DNA of 41,486 nucleotides from an uncultured Campylobacterales bacterium (lineage in GTDB: Bacteria > Campylobacterota > Campylobacteria > Campylobacterales > Sulfurovaceae): the NCBI GenBank assembly GCA_964442515.1, contig CAYUAC010000002.1, forward strand, positions 1 to 41,486, written 5' to 3'. The position numbers and the translations under genes were made by a program. Shown here piece by piece: positions 17,576 to 27,089 of the stretch; position 1 is the first letter of the stretch; every line of letters begins with the position of its first letter. Under the pieces are notes generated by a model. That model did not search any database. It was not told where the DNA came from and was given only the letters and a program-made list of their open reading frames with translations.

Positions 17576-18349
17576 TTGAGTAGTTCCATTTTTACAAATA
17601 TCTCCTCTCTGCCGCCGCTGAGCGAAACCGCCCAAAAGCTGCGCGCTATCAGAAGCAGCGAAGATTTTGATCCCGCAGAGATTTCAGCGTACATGGAAAA
17701 AGACCCCATGCTGCTGGCAGAAGTACTCAAAACCCTCAACTCGGCCGCCTATACCTTCAAAGCCGACATCAAATCGATCAGGCAGGCCATTATGCTGCTT
17801 GGGTTTAAACCGCTGAAAAACCTGGTAACCCAGATTACGATCAGAAAAGCCCTTGACGCGGACTTGGAACCCTACGGTATCACGACCAAGGAGTTTTCCA
17901 GATCTTCGGTACTGCAGGCAACTATCGTTAAAAAATGGCACCCCAAGGTTGAAAACGCCGACCTGCTGGAACTGGCCGCGATGCTGCAGGATGTGGGAAT
18001 GCTGCTTATTGCCAACGAACTGCTGAAAAACAACGAATCCAGCCAGTTTCTGGCCGATCTGGATATCAACTACGACACCGAACGTACAGAACGAAGCTAT
18101 GTTGATACCACCGCCGCTGAGCTCAGTGCCGAAATACTCAAACACTGGAATTTTGATGCCAGTCTCATTGCGTTGATTGAGGGCAGCGTCAATCCGAGCA
18201 CCCCGCAGGACTGGATTTTAAAGATTTCAAGAATCGCGGCTTCGCCAAGGTTCTGCCTGACCCAGCGCAGCATCAACAAAGCGATCAAACTGGCCGAGAA
18301 AAACGATCTGGACCCCCACCTGCTGGAAACAACCCTGAAGGAGCTGTAA
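17576..18349 (+). CDS. HDOD domain-containing signalling protein
   Basis: TTG start at 17576 preceded by AAGGAG at 17565-17570; the tracked ORF upstream of this overlaps the previous gene. Typical HDOD segments: DPMLLAEVLKTLNSAAY, SIRQAIMLLGFKPLKNLV, MLQDVGMLLI. Confidence 0.8.
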   Translation: MSSSIFTNISSLPPLSETAQKLRAIRSSEDFDPAEISAYMEKDPMLLAEVLKTLNSAAYTFKADIKSIRQAIMLLGFKPLKNLVTQITIRKALDADLEPYGITTKEFSRSSVLQATIVKKWHPKVENADLLELAAMLQDVGMLLIANELLKNNESSQFLADLDINYDTERTERSYVDTTAAELSAEILKHWNFDASLIALIEGSVNPSTPQDWILKISRIAASPRFCLTQRSINKAIKLAEKNDLDPHLLETTLKEL

Positions 18350-20983
18350 GTGCAGACTGTAACCATCATCGATACCTTTGGCTTTTTGTTTCGAAGTTAT
18401 TTCGCCCTGCCCCCGCTTTCAAACAAAGACGGCTTTCCCACCGGTCTGCTGACAGGGTTTGCCAATTTTATCTCCAATATCTACAGCGAGCATTTGACCG
18501 ATTATCTGGTCTTTGCGCTTGACAGCGAGGGGAAGAGTTTTCGAAACGATATCGATGAAAATTACAAAGCCCACCGTCCCGATGTCCCCCAGGACCTGCT
18601 CAAACAGCTTCCCGTGGCGATTTCGTGGATTGACAAGATCGGTTTTGCCTCAAAAGCCGTGCCGGGATTCGAAGCCGATGACATCGTCGCGACGCTGGCC
18701 AAGAAAGCCAAAAAGGCGGGCTACAAAGTCCGCATCGTAAGCCACGACAAAGACCTTTATCAGCTCATTTCAGACAATATCCACATGTATGATCCCATCA
18801 AGAAAAAAGAGATCGGCCCCGACGAATGCATGGAAAAATACGGCATCAGGCCCGACCAGTTTGTTGATTATCAGGCGATGGTCGGCGACAGCGCCGATAA
18901 CGTACCCGGTATCAAAGGCATCGGCGCCAAAACGGCGCAAAAACTCTTGACGCAGTTTGGTTCGCTTGAAAATATTTACAAAAACATCGATATCGCCGGT
19001 ACGCCCCGGATCAAAAAGCTTTTGCACGAGGGCAAAGACGCCGCTTTTATCTCAAAACAGCTGGTAACGCTCAGAGACGACGTTGATGTAGACTTTGACA
19101 GCAAAACCTTCGACCTGGTGGAAAAACCGCTTGTCAAGATCAAAGACGAGTTGGAAAGATATGAACTCCGGCGGGTTCTTGGCAAGGTCGGTTCGCACTC
19201 AAAAACCAATGCGCACCACAACAGTTACGAATTTGAAGCCCTGCTGCTTGATACCAGTGCCAAGCTTGAGGCCGTGATCGACAAGCTTGGCAGCAACGAT
19301 ATCGTCGCTTTTGATACCGAAACGGATTCTTTAAACGCTACGCAGGCAAACCTGGTGGGTTTTAGTTTCTGTACGCAAAAAAGCAAAGCCTATTACGTTC
19401 CCATAGCCCACAAAGGGCTTGACGTAGGCAACCAGCTTGATCTGCAGGACGCACTGAAAGGAATCAAAAAACTTTTTGGCTGCAAAATCGTGGGGCAAAA
19501 CATCAAATACGACCTCAAGGTTTTGCATAAATACGGCCAGAACCTGCCCGCCCCCTTTTGCGATACGATGATTTTATCCTGGCTGCACAATCCCGGACTC
19601 AAACACGGCCTGGATATTCAGGCCAAACGCTTTTTTGACTACACGATGAAACCGTTTAAAGAACTGGTTGCAAAGGGGCAGACTTTTGCCGATGTCGCTC
19701 TTGGCAAAGCGTGCTTTTACGCGGCCGAAGACGCGTGGATGACATATCTGCTGTATGATAAATACAAAAACATTCTCGATGACAAATTCTTTACCATCGC
19801 CGGAACAATCGAAATCCCTTTTATCCGGGTGCTGCTTGCCATGGAACTGGAAGGGATCGCCGTAGACAGGCAAAAGCTGCACCATCTGGGAGAAGTAACC
19901 CAAAAACGGCTGCAGGAATTGACCACAACCATCTATGAACTAAGCGGCACGGAATTTAATATCAACTCCACGCAACAGTTGGCGTCGGTGCTGTTTGAAC
20001 GGCTGGGACTGCAAGGAGGCAAAAAAACCAAAACCGGTTTCAGTACTAATGAGAAGGTTTTGCAAACGCTTATCGACAAACACCCCGTCATCGAAAAGAT
20101 TTTACAATACCGGGAAGTACAAAAAATCTCTTCCACCTACGTCAAACCCTTGGAACGCTACCTCGTTGACGGCCGGATTTATACCAACTTCATGCATACT
20201 GGCACCGCTACGGGCAGGCTGAGTTCCAATAACCCCAACCTGCAAAACATCCCAACCAGAAGCGATCTTGGCAAGAAGGTGCGTGATTGCTTCGTAGCCA
20301 AAGAGGGTTACAGCCTGGTCAGTATCGACTACTCCCAGATCGAACTGCGCCTGCTGGCGCATTTCAGCCGGGACAAAGCGTTGATAGAGGCGTTTAACAA
20401 TGACGAAGATATCCACCTGGCAACGGCCAGGAAGCTTTTCGGCGACCGGGCGAAAGAAAAAAGGAACTTCGCCAAAAGCGTCAATTTCGGCCTTCTTTAC
20501 GGGATGGGCAGCCGCAAGCTGGGCGAAGAACTGGGTATCCCCGCAAAAGAAGCCAAGCAGATCATACAAGATTATTTTGCCTCCTTTGCCAGCGTCAAAA
20601 CGTATCTGAACTCTATCGAGCAAAAGGCGCAAGAAGACGGATACGTTACCACGATCGCGGGCCGCAGGCGCTACTTTGATTTTGCAAGTGCCAACGCGAT
20701 GATGCAAAACGCGTATTTACGAGAAGCGGTCAATACCGTTTTTCAGGGAAGCGCGGCGGATTTGATCAAAAAAGGGATGAACAAAATCTTTGACAACTTC
20801 CATGACAACCCGGATGTACGAATGCTGCTGCAAATCCACGATGAACTGATCTTTGAGATTAAAAGCGGCAAAGAAGAAGAGTACGGCAAACGGCTGCAAA
20901 CGATCCTGCAGGAGGTATACAGTCTCAAGGTTCCTTTAAAAACCTCTTTGGATATCGCAAAAAGCTGGGGAGAGTTGAAATGA
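18350..20983 (+). CDS. polA: DNA polymerase I
   Basis: 877 aa, GTG start directly after the preceding stop. 5'-nuclease N-terminus, 3'-5' exo motif AFDTETDSL, polymerase motifs DYSQIELRLLAH, KSVNFGLLYG and LQIHDELIFE. Confidence 0.97.
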   Translation: MQTVTIIDTFGFLFRSYFALPPLSNKDGFPTGLLTGFANFISNIYSEHLTDYLVFALDSEGKSFRNDIDENYKAHRPDVPQDLLKQLPVAISWIDKIGFASKAVPGFEADDIVATLAKKAKKAGYKVRIVSHDKDLYQLISDNIHMYDPIKKKEIGPDECMEKYGIRPDQFVDYQAMVGDSADNVPGIKGIGAKTAQKLLTQFGSLENIYKNIDIAGTPRIKKLLHEGKDAAFISKQLVTLRDDVDVDFDSKTFDLVEKPLVKIKDELERYELRRVLGKVGSHSKTNAHHNSYEFEALLLDTSAKLEAVIDKLGSNDIVAFDTETDSLNATQANLVGFSFCTQKSKAYYVPIAHKGLDVGNQLDLQDALKGIKKLFGCKIVGQNIKYDLKVLHKYGQNLPAPFCDTMILSWLHNPGLKHGLDIQAKRFFDYTMKPFKELVAKGQTFADVALGKACFYAAEDAWMTYLLYDKYKNILDDKFFTIAGTIEIPFIRVLLAMELEGIAVDRQKLHHLGEVTQKRLQELTTTIYELSGTEFNINSTQQLASVLFERLGLQGGKKTKTGFSTNEKVLQTLIDKHPVIEKILQYREVQKISSTYVKPLERYLVDGRIYTNFMHTGTATGRLSSNNPNLQNIPTRSDLGKKVRDCFVAKEGYSLVSIDYSQIELRLLAHFSRDKALIEAFNNDEDIHLATARKLFGDRAKEKRNFAKSVNFGLLYGMGSRKLGEELGIPAKEAKQIIQDYFASFASVKTYLNSIEQKAQEDGYVTTIAGRRRYFDFASANAMMQNAYLREAVNTVFQGSAADLIKKGMNKIFDNFHDNPDVRMLLQIHDELIFEIKSGKEEEYGKRLQTILQEVYSLKVPLKTSLDIAKSWGELK

Positions 20984-21591
20984 TCAAAGCAGCTGTTTTC
21001 CTTGGCGCTTTATTGCTACTTGGCGGCTGCGATATCGACCGCCAAAAAGCAGCCCTGATGGAACAAAAGCAGGAATCTGCGCAACAGGAGCAGCCTCTGA
21101 AACAGCCCGATCAGACTGAAACCAATCAAACCAGGCTGCTGCAGTTAAGACAAGAAGGCGAGATTGCGCTGGAAAAACTCAAAGCCCAAAACGAACAAAA
21201 GCTTGAAGCCATGCGTCTGCAGATGCAAGAAAAAGAACTTTCGGTGCACGAAAGGCTGGCCAAAAGCGAGCACAACCTCACAGCAGCCACCCATGAACAA
21301 GACGTGGGCATGTATCAAACCGCTATTGCCGTATTTGGGGCGGTGGCACTGATTTTTGCCCTTATCTGGTATTTTATATCCAAAGCAAAAAGAAAATCGG
21401 AACAAAAACTGCAGGAAGAGAAAATGCGGCACGAATCGCATATGAAACAGCAGGAGTTTTACCAGCAGCGCATCAATAAGCTTTTAGATATCGCCGCGTC
21501 CAAAGACAGCGACGAGACGGTCAGAAAAGATGCTATGAAGATGCTCAAAAACGACAGCAGTTTTAAAACGATCGAGTTTAAAGATGACTAA
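20980..21591 (+). CDS. Hypothetical lipoprotein/membrane protein with Gln/Glu-rich coiled coil
   Basis: Lipobox LLLGGCD, one internal TM (TAIAVFGAVALIFALIWYFI), ATGA overlap with the polA stop and an 8-nt overlap with nth. Confidence 0.6.
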   Translation: MIKAAVFLGALLLLGGCDIDRQKAALMEQKQESAQQEQPLKQPDQTETNQTRLLQLRQEGEIALEKLKAQNEQKLEAMRLQMQEKELSVHERLAKSEHNLTAATHEQDVGMYQTAIAVFGAVALIFALIWYFISKAKRKSEQKLQEEKMRHESHMKQQEFYQQRINKLLDIAASKDSDETVRKDAMKMLKNDSSFKTIEFKDD

Positions 21592-22213
21592 ACGAAGTGC
21601 TGAAATTAAAGAGCTGTTTTTAACCCACTATCCAAGCAGCGTGACCGAACTGCATTATGACAACCTCTACCAGCTGGTCGTGGCGGTCATGCTTTCAGCC
21701 CAGTGTACGGACAAACGCGTTAATATCCTCACGCCGGCCCTTTTTGAAAAATACCCCGACACCGAGACCCTGGCAAGTGCTGATATTGAAGAGATCAAAG
21801 CGCTGATTCAAAGCTGCTCGTTTTTTAACAATAAAGCCAAAAACCTGCTTGGTTTTGCCAAAAAAATACAAAATGAATTTAACGGTCAAATCCCAAAGAC
21901 GCAAAAAGAACTGGTCAGCCTGCCGGGTGTGGGCCAAAAAACGGCCAACGTCGTGCTGATCGAATACTTTGAACACAACCTTATGGCCGTTGACACCCAT
22001 GTATTTCGTGTTTCGCACCGTCTGGGACTGAGTTACGCCAAAACGGCGGCAAACACCGAAAAAGACCTGGTCAAGCGCTTTGAAAGCGACCTGAGCCGCC
22101 TGCATCAGGCGATGGTGCTCTTTGGCCGCTATATCTGCACGGCAAAAAACCCAAAATGCGATCAATGCTTTTTAACGCAGTATTGCAAAAGCAAAAAAAG
22201 TTATAAGGTCTAA
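21584..22213 (+). CDS. nth: Endonuclease III
   Basis: HhH-GPD motif LPGVGQKTANVVL, catalytic region AVDTHVFRV, FeS cluster loop CTAKNPKCDQCFLTQYC. Confidence 0.95.
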   Translation: MTKRSAEIKELFLTHYPSSVTELHYDNLYQLVVAVMLSAQCTDKRVNILTPALFEKYPDTETLASADIEEIKALIQSCSFFNNKAKNLLGFAKKIQNEFNGQIPKTQKELVSLPGVGQKTANVVLIEYFEHNLMAVDTHVFRVSHRLGLSYAKTAANTEKDLVKRFESDLSRLHQAMVLFGRYICTAKNPKCDQCFLTQYCKSKKSYKV

Positions 22214-22301
22214 GCACCGGGACTTTCTATTTTAATTGTATAAAACGTATTTATTGCCCCAACCGCTTTGTCATTGCTCATAAAAAGATCACATCCGTTT
22301 C

Positions 22302-22553
22302 TTAATGCGTCTTTTTCATCGATTTATAATCTTTGTCACCGATTTTACCGTCAAGGATGCCAATAAAATTTCCCGTTCTTGCCGTCGCTTTTTCCTCTAC
22401 CGTATCTAAAATAGACGGATCTTTCGCTATCGCCCGGAAGTAGTGATTTACCGCACCGGTAAAATTTTGATGCCGCTTTTTAAGCACTTCTGCCGCTTTT
22501 TCCACCGCATCTTGATCCAGAAGAAAGTTTTTCCTTACTTTTAATATTTTCAT
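22302..22553 (-). CDS. Orphan small protein, ribbon-helix-helix-like (antitoxin/repressor-like)
   Basis: 83 aa. The N-terminus KNFLLDQDAVEKAAEVLKKRHQNFTGAVNHYFRAIAK fits a strand-helix-helix RHH pattern. AT-rich flanks. No partner gene of convincing size. Confidence 0.4.
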   Translation of the reverse strand: MKILKVRKNFLLDQDAVEKAAEVLKKRHQNFTGAVNHYFRAIAKDPSILDTVEEKATARTGNFIGILDGKIGDKDYKSMKKTH

Positions 22554-22575
22554 GTTTAAAACCTTTATGTATTAT

Positions 22576-22585
22576 CTACATATGT
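22576..22585. promoter_or_regulatory. Perfect 10-bp palindrome TACATATGTA upstream of the RHH-like gene (candidate operator)
   Basis: Lies 22 nt upstream of the ATG at 22553 and is embedded in near-repeats ATGTATTAT / ATGTATAAT. Confidence 0.3.
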
Positions 22586-22712
22586 ATAATAATAGCACGT
22601 TGATTTTGCTGTGTCAATCAGGAACTGTTGTATATAAACTAATCTTCATCAAAGAAAAGATAAAATAGCACAATAAACGTAAACAGTTTTATCTTACGAA
22701 ATCGGGATATTT

Positions 22713-23960
22713 ATGCTTTTAAAAAATAAAAACATTTTCCTTGGCGTCACCGGCAGCATTGCCGCGTATAAAGCCTGCGATCTGGTGCGGCTGCTTGTAA
22801 AACAGGGGGCGCAGGTCCGCGTTGTTATGACGCCCGCAGCGCAGCGTTTTGTCAGCCCGCTTACGTTCGAAGCCCTCACGCGCTGCAAGGTTCTCACCCA
22901 AGACAGCGAAGACTGGGCGAGTGATCTCAATCATATCGATTGCGCCAAATGGGCCGATCTTATGATCGTAGCCCCCGCTACGGCCAATACGATCAACAAG
23001 CTTTCAAAAGGCATCGCCGATAATTTACTCACCCAAACCTATCTGGCGACCAAAGCAAAAACCATCGTCGCGCCGGCAGCCAATACTAATATGATCGAAG
23101 ATGCCAATACCGTTGCCAGTTTGAAGATGCTCAAAGTCAATGAAACCGCCATTATCGAACCGCAGAACAAAGCCTTAGCCTGCAACGACATCGGCAAAGG
23201 CGCGCTGGCTGATCCCGAAGATATCGCCGATGCCGCGATTCGCGCGCTTTTAAGCGATGAATACTACAAAGACAGAAAAGTCATCGTCACCAGCGGCGGC
23301 AGCCGTGAAAAAATCGATGACGTCCGCTTTGTGGGCAACTTTTCAAGCGGAAAGATGGGTGCTGCGCTGGCAAAAGCGCTGTATTACCGGGGTGCGGACG
23401 TGTTTTATCTTTCCTTTACCGAAAATGAGGTGCCCAAAGGGGTCCATACCCTTTTTGTTCAAGATACAAAAGAAATGCATGAATACCTCATTGACGCCAT
23501 CCGCGTAGCGAAAAAAGGCAAACTCAGCGACGTGACCATGCAAAGCGGACCGCGCACGCTGATCCAAAAGCGTCCCCTGCTTTTCATGGCCGCAGCCGTA
23601 GCGGATTTCACGCCTGCGTACCCCCAAAAGGGCAAGCTCAAAAAAGACAGTCTTGGCACAAACTGGCAGTTAGAACTCACCCGGACAGAAGATATTTTGT
23701 CAAATATAGATAAAGAGGGAATCAATGTCATCGGTTTCAAAGCCGAAATGGACCCGCACACCGCAAAGCAAAACGCGCAGCGGATACTGGAAGAAAAAAA
23801 CCTTGAAGCGGTGTGTCTGAATATCCTGCAAAGCAGCAGGGATTTTGGCAGCAGCGATAACGCGGTTGATTTTATCACCAAAGACAAAAACAAACAGCTT
23901 GGCAAAACCGACAAACTCACGCTGGCTTTTGCCATACTCAGGGAAGCCCAAGCTTTATGA
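22713..23960 (+). CDS. coaBC: Bifunctional phosphopantothenoylcysteine decarboxylase / phosphopantothenate-cysteine ligase
   Basis: GVTGSIAAYKA flavoprotein N-domain; VAPATANTINK; C-domain GNFSSGKMG; MAAAVADF. Confidence 0.95.
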   Translation: MLLKNKNIFLGVTGSIAAYKACDLVRLLVKQGAQVRVVMTPAAQRFVSPLTFEALTRCKVLTQDSEDWASDLNHIDCAKWADLMIVAPATANTINKLSKGIADNLLTQTYLATKAKTIVAPAANTNMIEDANTVASLKMLKVNETAIIEPQNKALACNDIGKGALADPEDIADAAIRALLSDEYYKDRKVIVTSGGSREKIDDVRFVGNFSSGKMGAALAKALYYRGADVFYLSFTENEVPKGVHTLFVQDTKEMHEYLIDAIRVAKKGKLSDVTMQSGPRTLIQKRPLLFMAAAVADFTPAYPQKGKLKKDSLGTNWQLELTRTEDILSNIDKEGINVIGFKAEMDPHTAKQNAQRILEEKNLEAVCLNILQSSRDFGSSDNAVDFITKDKNKQLGKTDKLTLAFAILREAQAL

Positions 23961-24691
23961 TTCCCTTTATTCAAAAGCTTACCGCCCTGGATACGCTGCA
24001 GCCCAAGTTTGACAAAAACCGTATCCAGATCAATACTTCGCTGGCCTTTGAAATCAAGGTGATCAAAAAGCTGTTTGCCAACCGCTATATGCTTGAAGTG
24101 GGAAAGCAGCAGGTTGAGACCAAAAGCTTCATGAACTTGGAACCTGGTGCCAAATACTGGGCCACTATGCGCGAATCCAAAGGCGTCGTTCAGCTGCAGC
24201 ACCTGCTGAAAAAACCCGAATACCTGCAGGAAAAGCCGCCGCTGGTTCTGAAAAACTTTGATTTTTCAATGATGCAGCGCCCGGACATCTACAAACAGAC
24301 GCTGGTACAGTCGCTTGGCAATACCCAAAGCGAAAAAGAGTTCAAATTCATTACCGATATGCTCCTGGGGCTGCACAACAATATCATCACCGTCCCTTTT
24401 GAGTATAATAACAGGTACGCCCTGTTTCAATACAAGAATAAAAACAAAATGAGCATCAACAAAAATTCTTTAGAATTTTTTGCCGAATTTGTCAACCTGG
24501 GACCGATTTCGGGCACGGTAAGTACGGCTGCGCAGTTCAGGCAGCTTGATATGATCTTGCATTTTGCAAACAGCGCGGCACATTTGCAAGAGCAGACAAA
24601 AAATTTGAACTTTGACGTGGTCAATATCAGCACCGGCAAACCAAAGCCGCTGTATAATCTGAACAATTCACTGCTGGATGTAAAAGGATAA
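23957..24691 (+). CDS. Hypothetical protein; C-terminal part faintly FliK (hook-length control) C-domain-like
   Basis: 244 aa with ATGA overlap with coaBC. The C-terminal LEFFAEFVNLGPISGTVSTAAQFRQLDMILHFANSAAHLQEQTKNLNFDVVNIS resembles the FliK C-domain pattern. Weak. Confidence 0.5.
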   Translation: MIPFIQKLTALDTLQPKFDKNRIQINTSLAFEIKVIKKLFANRYMLEVGKQQVETKSFMNLEPGAKYWATMRESKGVVQLQHLLKKPEYLQEKPPLVLKNFDFSMMQRPDIYKQTLVQSLGNTQSEKEFKFITDMLLGLHNNIITVPFEYNNRYALFQYKNKNKMSINKNSLEFFAEFVNLGPISGTVSTAAQFRQLDMILHFANSAAHLQEQTKNLNFDVVNISTGKPKPLYNLNNSLLDVKG

Positions 24692-24693
24692 GC

Positions 24694-25350
24694 GTGGGCA
24701 AAACGGTAGCTATCATTATGGACGGCAACGGCAGATGGGCCGCCAAGCGCGGCTTGAAACGCACCAAGGGACATGAAGCCGGTATCAACAGTGTCCGCGA
24801 TATCATCACTCACTGTGCCCGCAGAGGTGATATTGAGGATATCATTTTGTATGCCTTCAGCACCGAAAACTGGAAACGCCCCGGACACGAAGTGCGGTTT
24901 TTGATGCAGATGCTGCAAAAATACCTGCAAAAAGAGGCCCAGACCTATATCAAAAACAATATCCGCTTTGAAACGATAGGCGATCTGAGTGTTTTCTCCC
25001 CCTCCCTGCGTGAACAGATCCAAACCTTAAAAGCCCAAACACAAAACGCCACGGCGCTGACGCAGTATCTGGCGCTGAATTACGGCAGCCGGGACGAACT
25101 GCAGCGGGCCTGTCAAAAAGCAGCCGCGGCAAAAAGCGGGGATATTCAAGCCTGTCTTGACTACCCCCGCGACCTTGATATCATTATCCGCACCGGCGGC
25201 CAGCTGCGGCTGTCAAACTTTTTGCTCTACCAGGGGGCGTATGCCGAACTGTTTTTTTCACACACCCTCTGGCCCGATTTTACCGCCGGGGAGTTTGACG
25301 ATATACTGGATTCCTTTGCTGCACGCGACCGGCGCTTTGGAGGGTTGTAG
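24694..25350 (+). CDS. uppS: Undecaprenyl diphosphate synthase
   Basis: GTG start. Motifs IIMDGNGRWA, LYAFSTENWKRP, IIRTGGQLRLSNFLLYQGAYAELFF. Confidence 0.95.
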   Translation: MGKTVAIIMDGNGRWAAKRGLKRTKGHEAGINSVRDIITHCARRGDIEDIILYAFSTENWKRPGHEVRFLMQMLQKYLQKEAQTYIKNNIRFETIGDLSVFSPSLREQIQTLKAQTQNATALTQYLALNYGSRDELQRACQKAAAAKSGDIQACLDYPRDLDIIIRTGGQLRLSNFLLYQGAYAELFFSHTLWPDFTAGEFDDILDSFAARDRRFGGL

Positions 25351-25351
25351 T

Positions 25352-26074
25352 ATGGAACTGTTTTTTGTTTCCCTGACCGGGCTTATTTTCGGATCATTTT
25401 TAAACGTTTTGATTTACAGGGTTCCCAAAAATGAAAACATCGCCTACCCGGCTTCGCACTGTCCGCAATGCGCGCACCCCCTGCGTTGGTACCACAATAT
25501 TCCGCTGTTTTCTTGGCTGGGGCTTCGGGGGCGGTGCGGCTTTTGCGACAAACCTATTCCCGCTTCCTATCCGCTGGTCGAAGCCCTTACAGCGGGTCTT
25601 TTTGCCGTGGTGTTTTTAAAAACTGGATTCAGCCTGGAGTTTGCGGGTGCAACGCTGGCTTTTTCCATGCTGCTGGCTTTATCGGTTATTGATTTTAAAT
25701 ACTTCGCCGTTCCCGACAGCCTCAATCTCGCAGCGATCGTGTTTGCCCTGCTTGGCAGCGATATTATCGGCTCCTTTCAGGACGCCCTGCTGCTGGCGGG
25801 GGGATTTGCGCTGCTTCGCTTTGCTCTTAGCTACCTGATCAAAAAAGAGGCGATGGGTGAAGGCGATATTATGATCGCTGCGACCATGGGCGCACTGCTG
25901 GGGCTGCCGAATGTTTTATTTGCGATCTTTGTCTCGGCCCTGCTGGCATTAATCCCTTCGCTTATAGCAAAAGAGGGACGGGTTCCTTTTGTTCCGTTTC
26001 TGGCTCTGGCGACACTGATCGTGTATCTGTTTGACGAGTATTTCACTCTCTTGGCAAAGGCCCTGTATGCTTAA
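25352..26074 (+). CDS. Prepilin peptidase (A24 family)
   Basis: Start at ATG 25352 (MELFFVSL...). The tracked upstream extension lies in an alternative frame inside uppS. Zn-finger-like CPQC...CGFC; catalytic GEGDIMI; multiple TM helices. Confidence 0.85.
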   Translation: MELFFVSLTGLIFGSFLNVLIYRVPKNENIAYPASHCPQCAHPLRWYHNIPLFSWLGLRGRCGFCDKPIPASYPLVEALTAGLFAVVFLKTGFSLEFAGATLAFSMLLALSVIDFKYFAVPDSLNLAAIVFALLGSDIIGSFQDALLLAGGFALLRFALSYLIKKEAMGEGDIMIAATMGALLGLPNVLFAIFVSALLALIPSLIAKEGRVPFVPFLALATLIVYLFDEYFTLLAKALYA

Positions 26075-27080
26075 AGCGTATTTGTCAAAAAGTTTCTCAA
26101 GCAGTTTTATCACCGTCTTTTTGCCCCTGTTTGCCATCGCGTCGCTAATTTTGCTCATTTCCACCGCGTCGCTGACATCCTATATCGAAGTCAACCTGGT
26201 CCAGATGGGTAAAATATATCTCTACTCGCTTCCCGAAATCCTGTTTTACACCATGCCCCTGTCTTTTGTCATCGGCCTTGGCGTGACGCTGAATCGGCTT
26301 TCAAACGATTATGAACTCATCATTCTCTTTGCCAGCGGGGCCAATCCCTTTTATATCTTCCGCCGTTTTTTCCTGATTGCGGTGATGCTGAGTCTTTTTC
26401 TGCTGACGCTTTCAATCTATATCATGCCTCAGGCCCAGCAGCTGTTTGACGCTTATAAACAGGACAAAAGCGCCAATGCCAAACTCAACATCAAACCCAG
26501 CGAACTGGGCCAGAAGTTTGGCAACTTCTTTGTCTACGTAGCCGATGAGGATGAAAAAGGACTGTTTCAACACGTGGTTGTATTTCAAACGGACAAAGAT
26601 CAGGACCAACTCTTTATCTCGCAAAAGGGGGATTTGCAAAAAAGGGGGATCGATACCACCTTTGAACTCATCGACGGCATCGGTTACACCTATAACCACA
26701 ACCAGATCAACAAGATCAATTACAAGGATTTAACGCTGTTTCAATCCTCAATCGTCAGCAGGGTCAACCAGGAATCGATCTACGCATACTGGCAGCAGAT
26801 CGATTCAGACAGCGACCGGCGCGAGGATTTGAAAATGTTTATCCTGATCTCGCTTATGCCCGTGCTCACCTTTTTTGCCGTAGCGGCTTTCAGCGTCATC
26901 CACCCCCGCTATCAAAAAAATATACTTTTTCTTTCTTTAAGCGTGATCATTGTCGGGTATTTTATCCTTATCAATTTCCTTTCAAAATACGCCGAATCCG
27001 GCCTTATAGCCGGAGCGTGCGCTTTGGTGGCAGGGTTGGGTTATGCTGTATTTCATCAGCGGGTACTGCGCCATTATTAA
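26067..27080 (+). CDS. LptF/LptG (YjgP/YjgQ) family LPS export permease
   Basis: Start at ATG 26067 (MLKAYLSKSFSSSFITVFLPLFAIASLILLI), overlapping the peptidase stop by 8 nt. Three N-terminal TMs, a periplasmic beta-jellyroll-sized insert, then C-terminal TMs. Confidence 0.8.
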   Translation: MLKAYLSKSFSSSFITVFLPLFAIASLILLISTASLTSYIEVNLVQMGKIYLYSLPEILFYTMPLSFVIGLGVTLNRLSNDYELIILFASGANPFYIFRRFFLIAVMLSLFLLTLSIYIMPQAQQLFDAYKQDKSANAKLNIKPSELGQKFGNFFVYVADEDEKGLFQHVVVFQTDKDQDQLFISQKGDLQKRGIDTTFELIDGIGYTYNHNQINKINYKDLTLFQSSIVSRVNQESIYAYWQQIDSDSDRREDLKMFILISLMPVLTFFAVAAFSVIHPRYQKNILFLSLSVIIVGYFILINFLSKYAESGLIAGACALVAGLGYAVFHQRVLRHY

Positions 27081-27089
27081 GGAGGCCGT

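Noticed and set aside
22214-22301. A 23-codon minus-strand ORF (MSNDKAVGAINTFYTIKIESPGA) downstream of the RHH-like gene, as a possible toxin remnant
   Set aside because: It is too short, has no toxin-family motif and no RBS. It is mentioned only as context for the orphan RHH finding.
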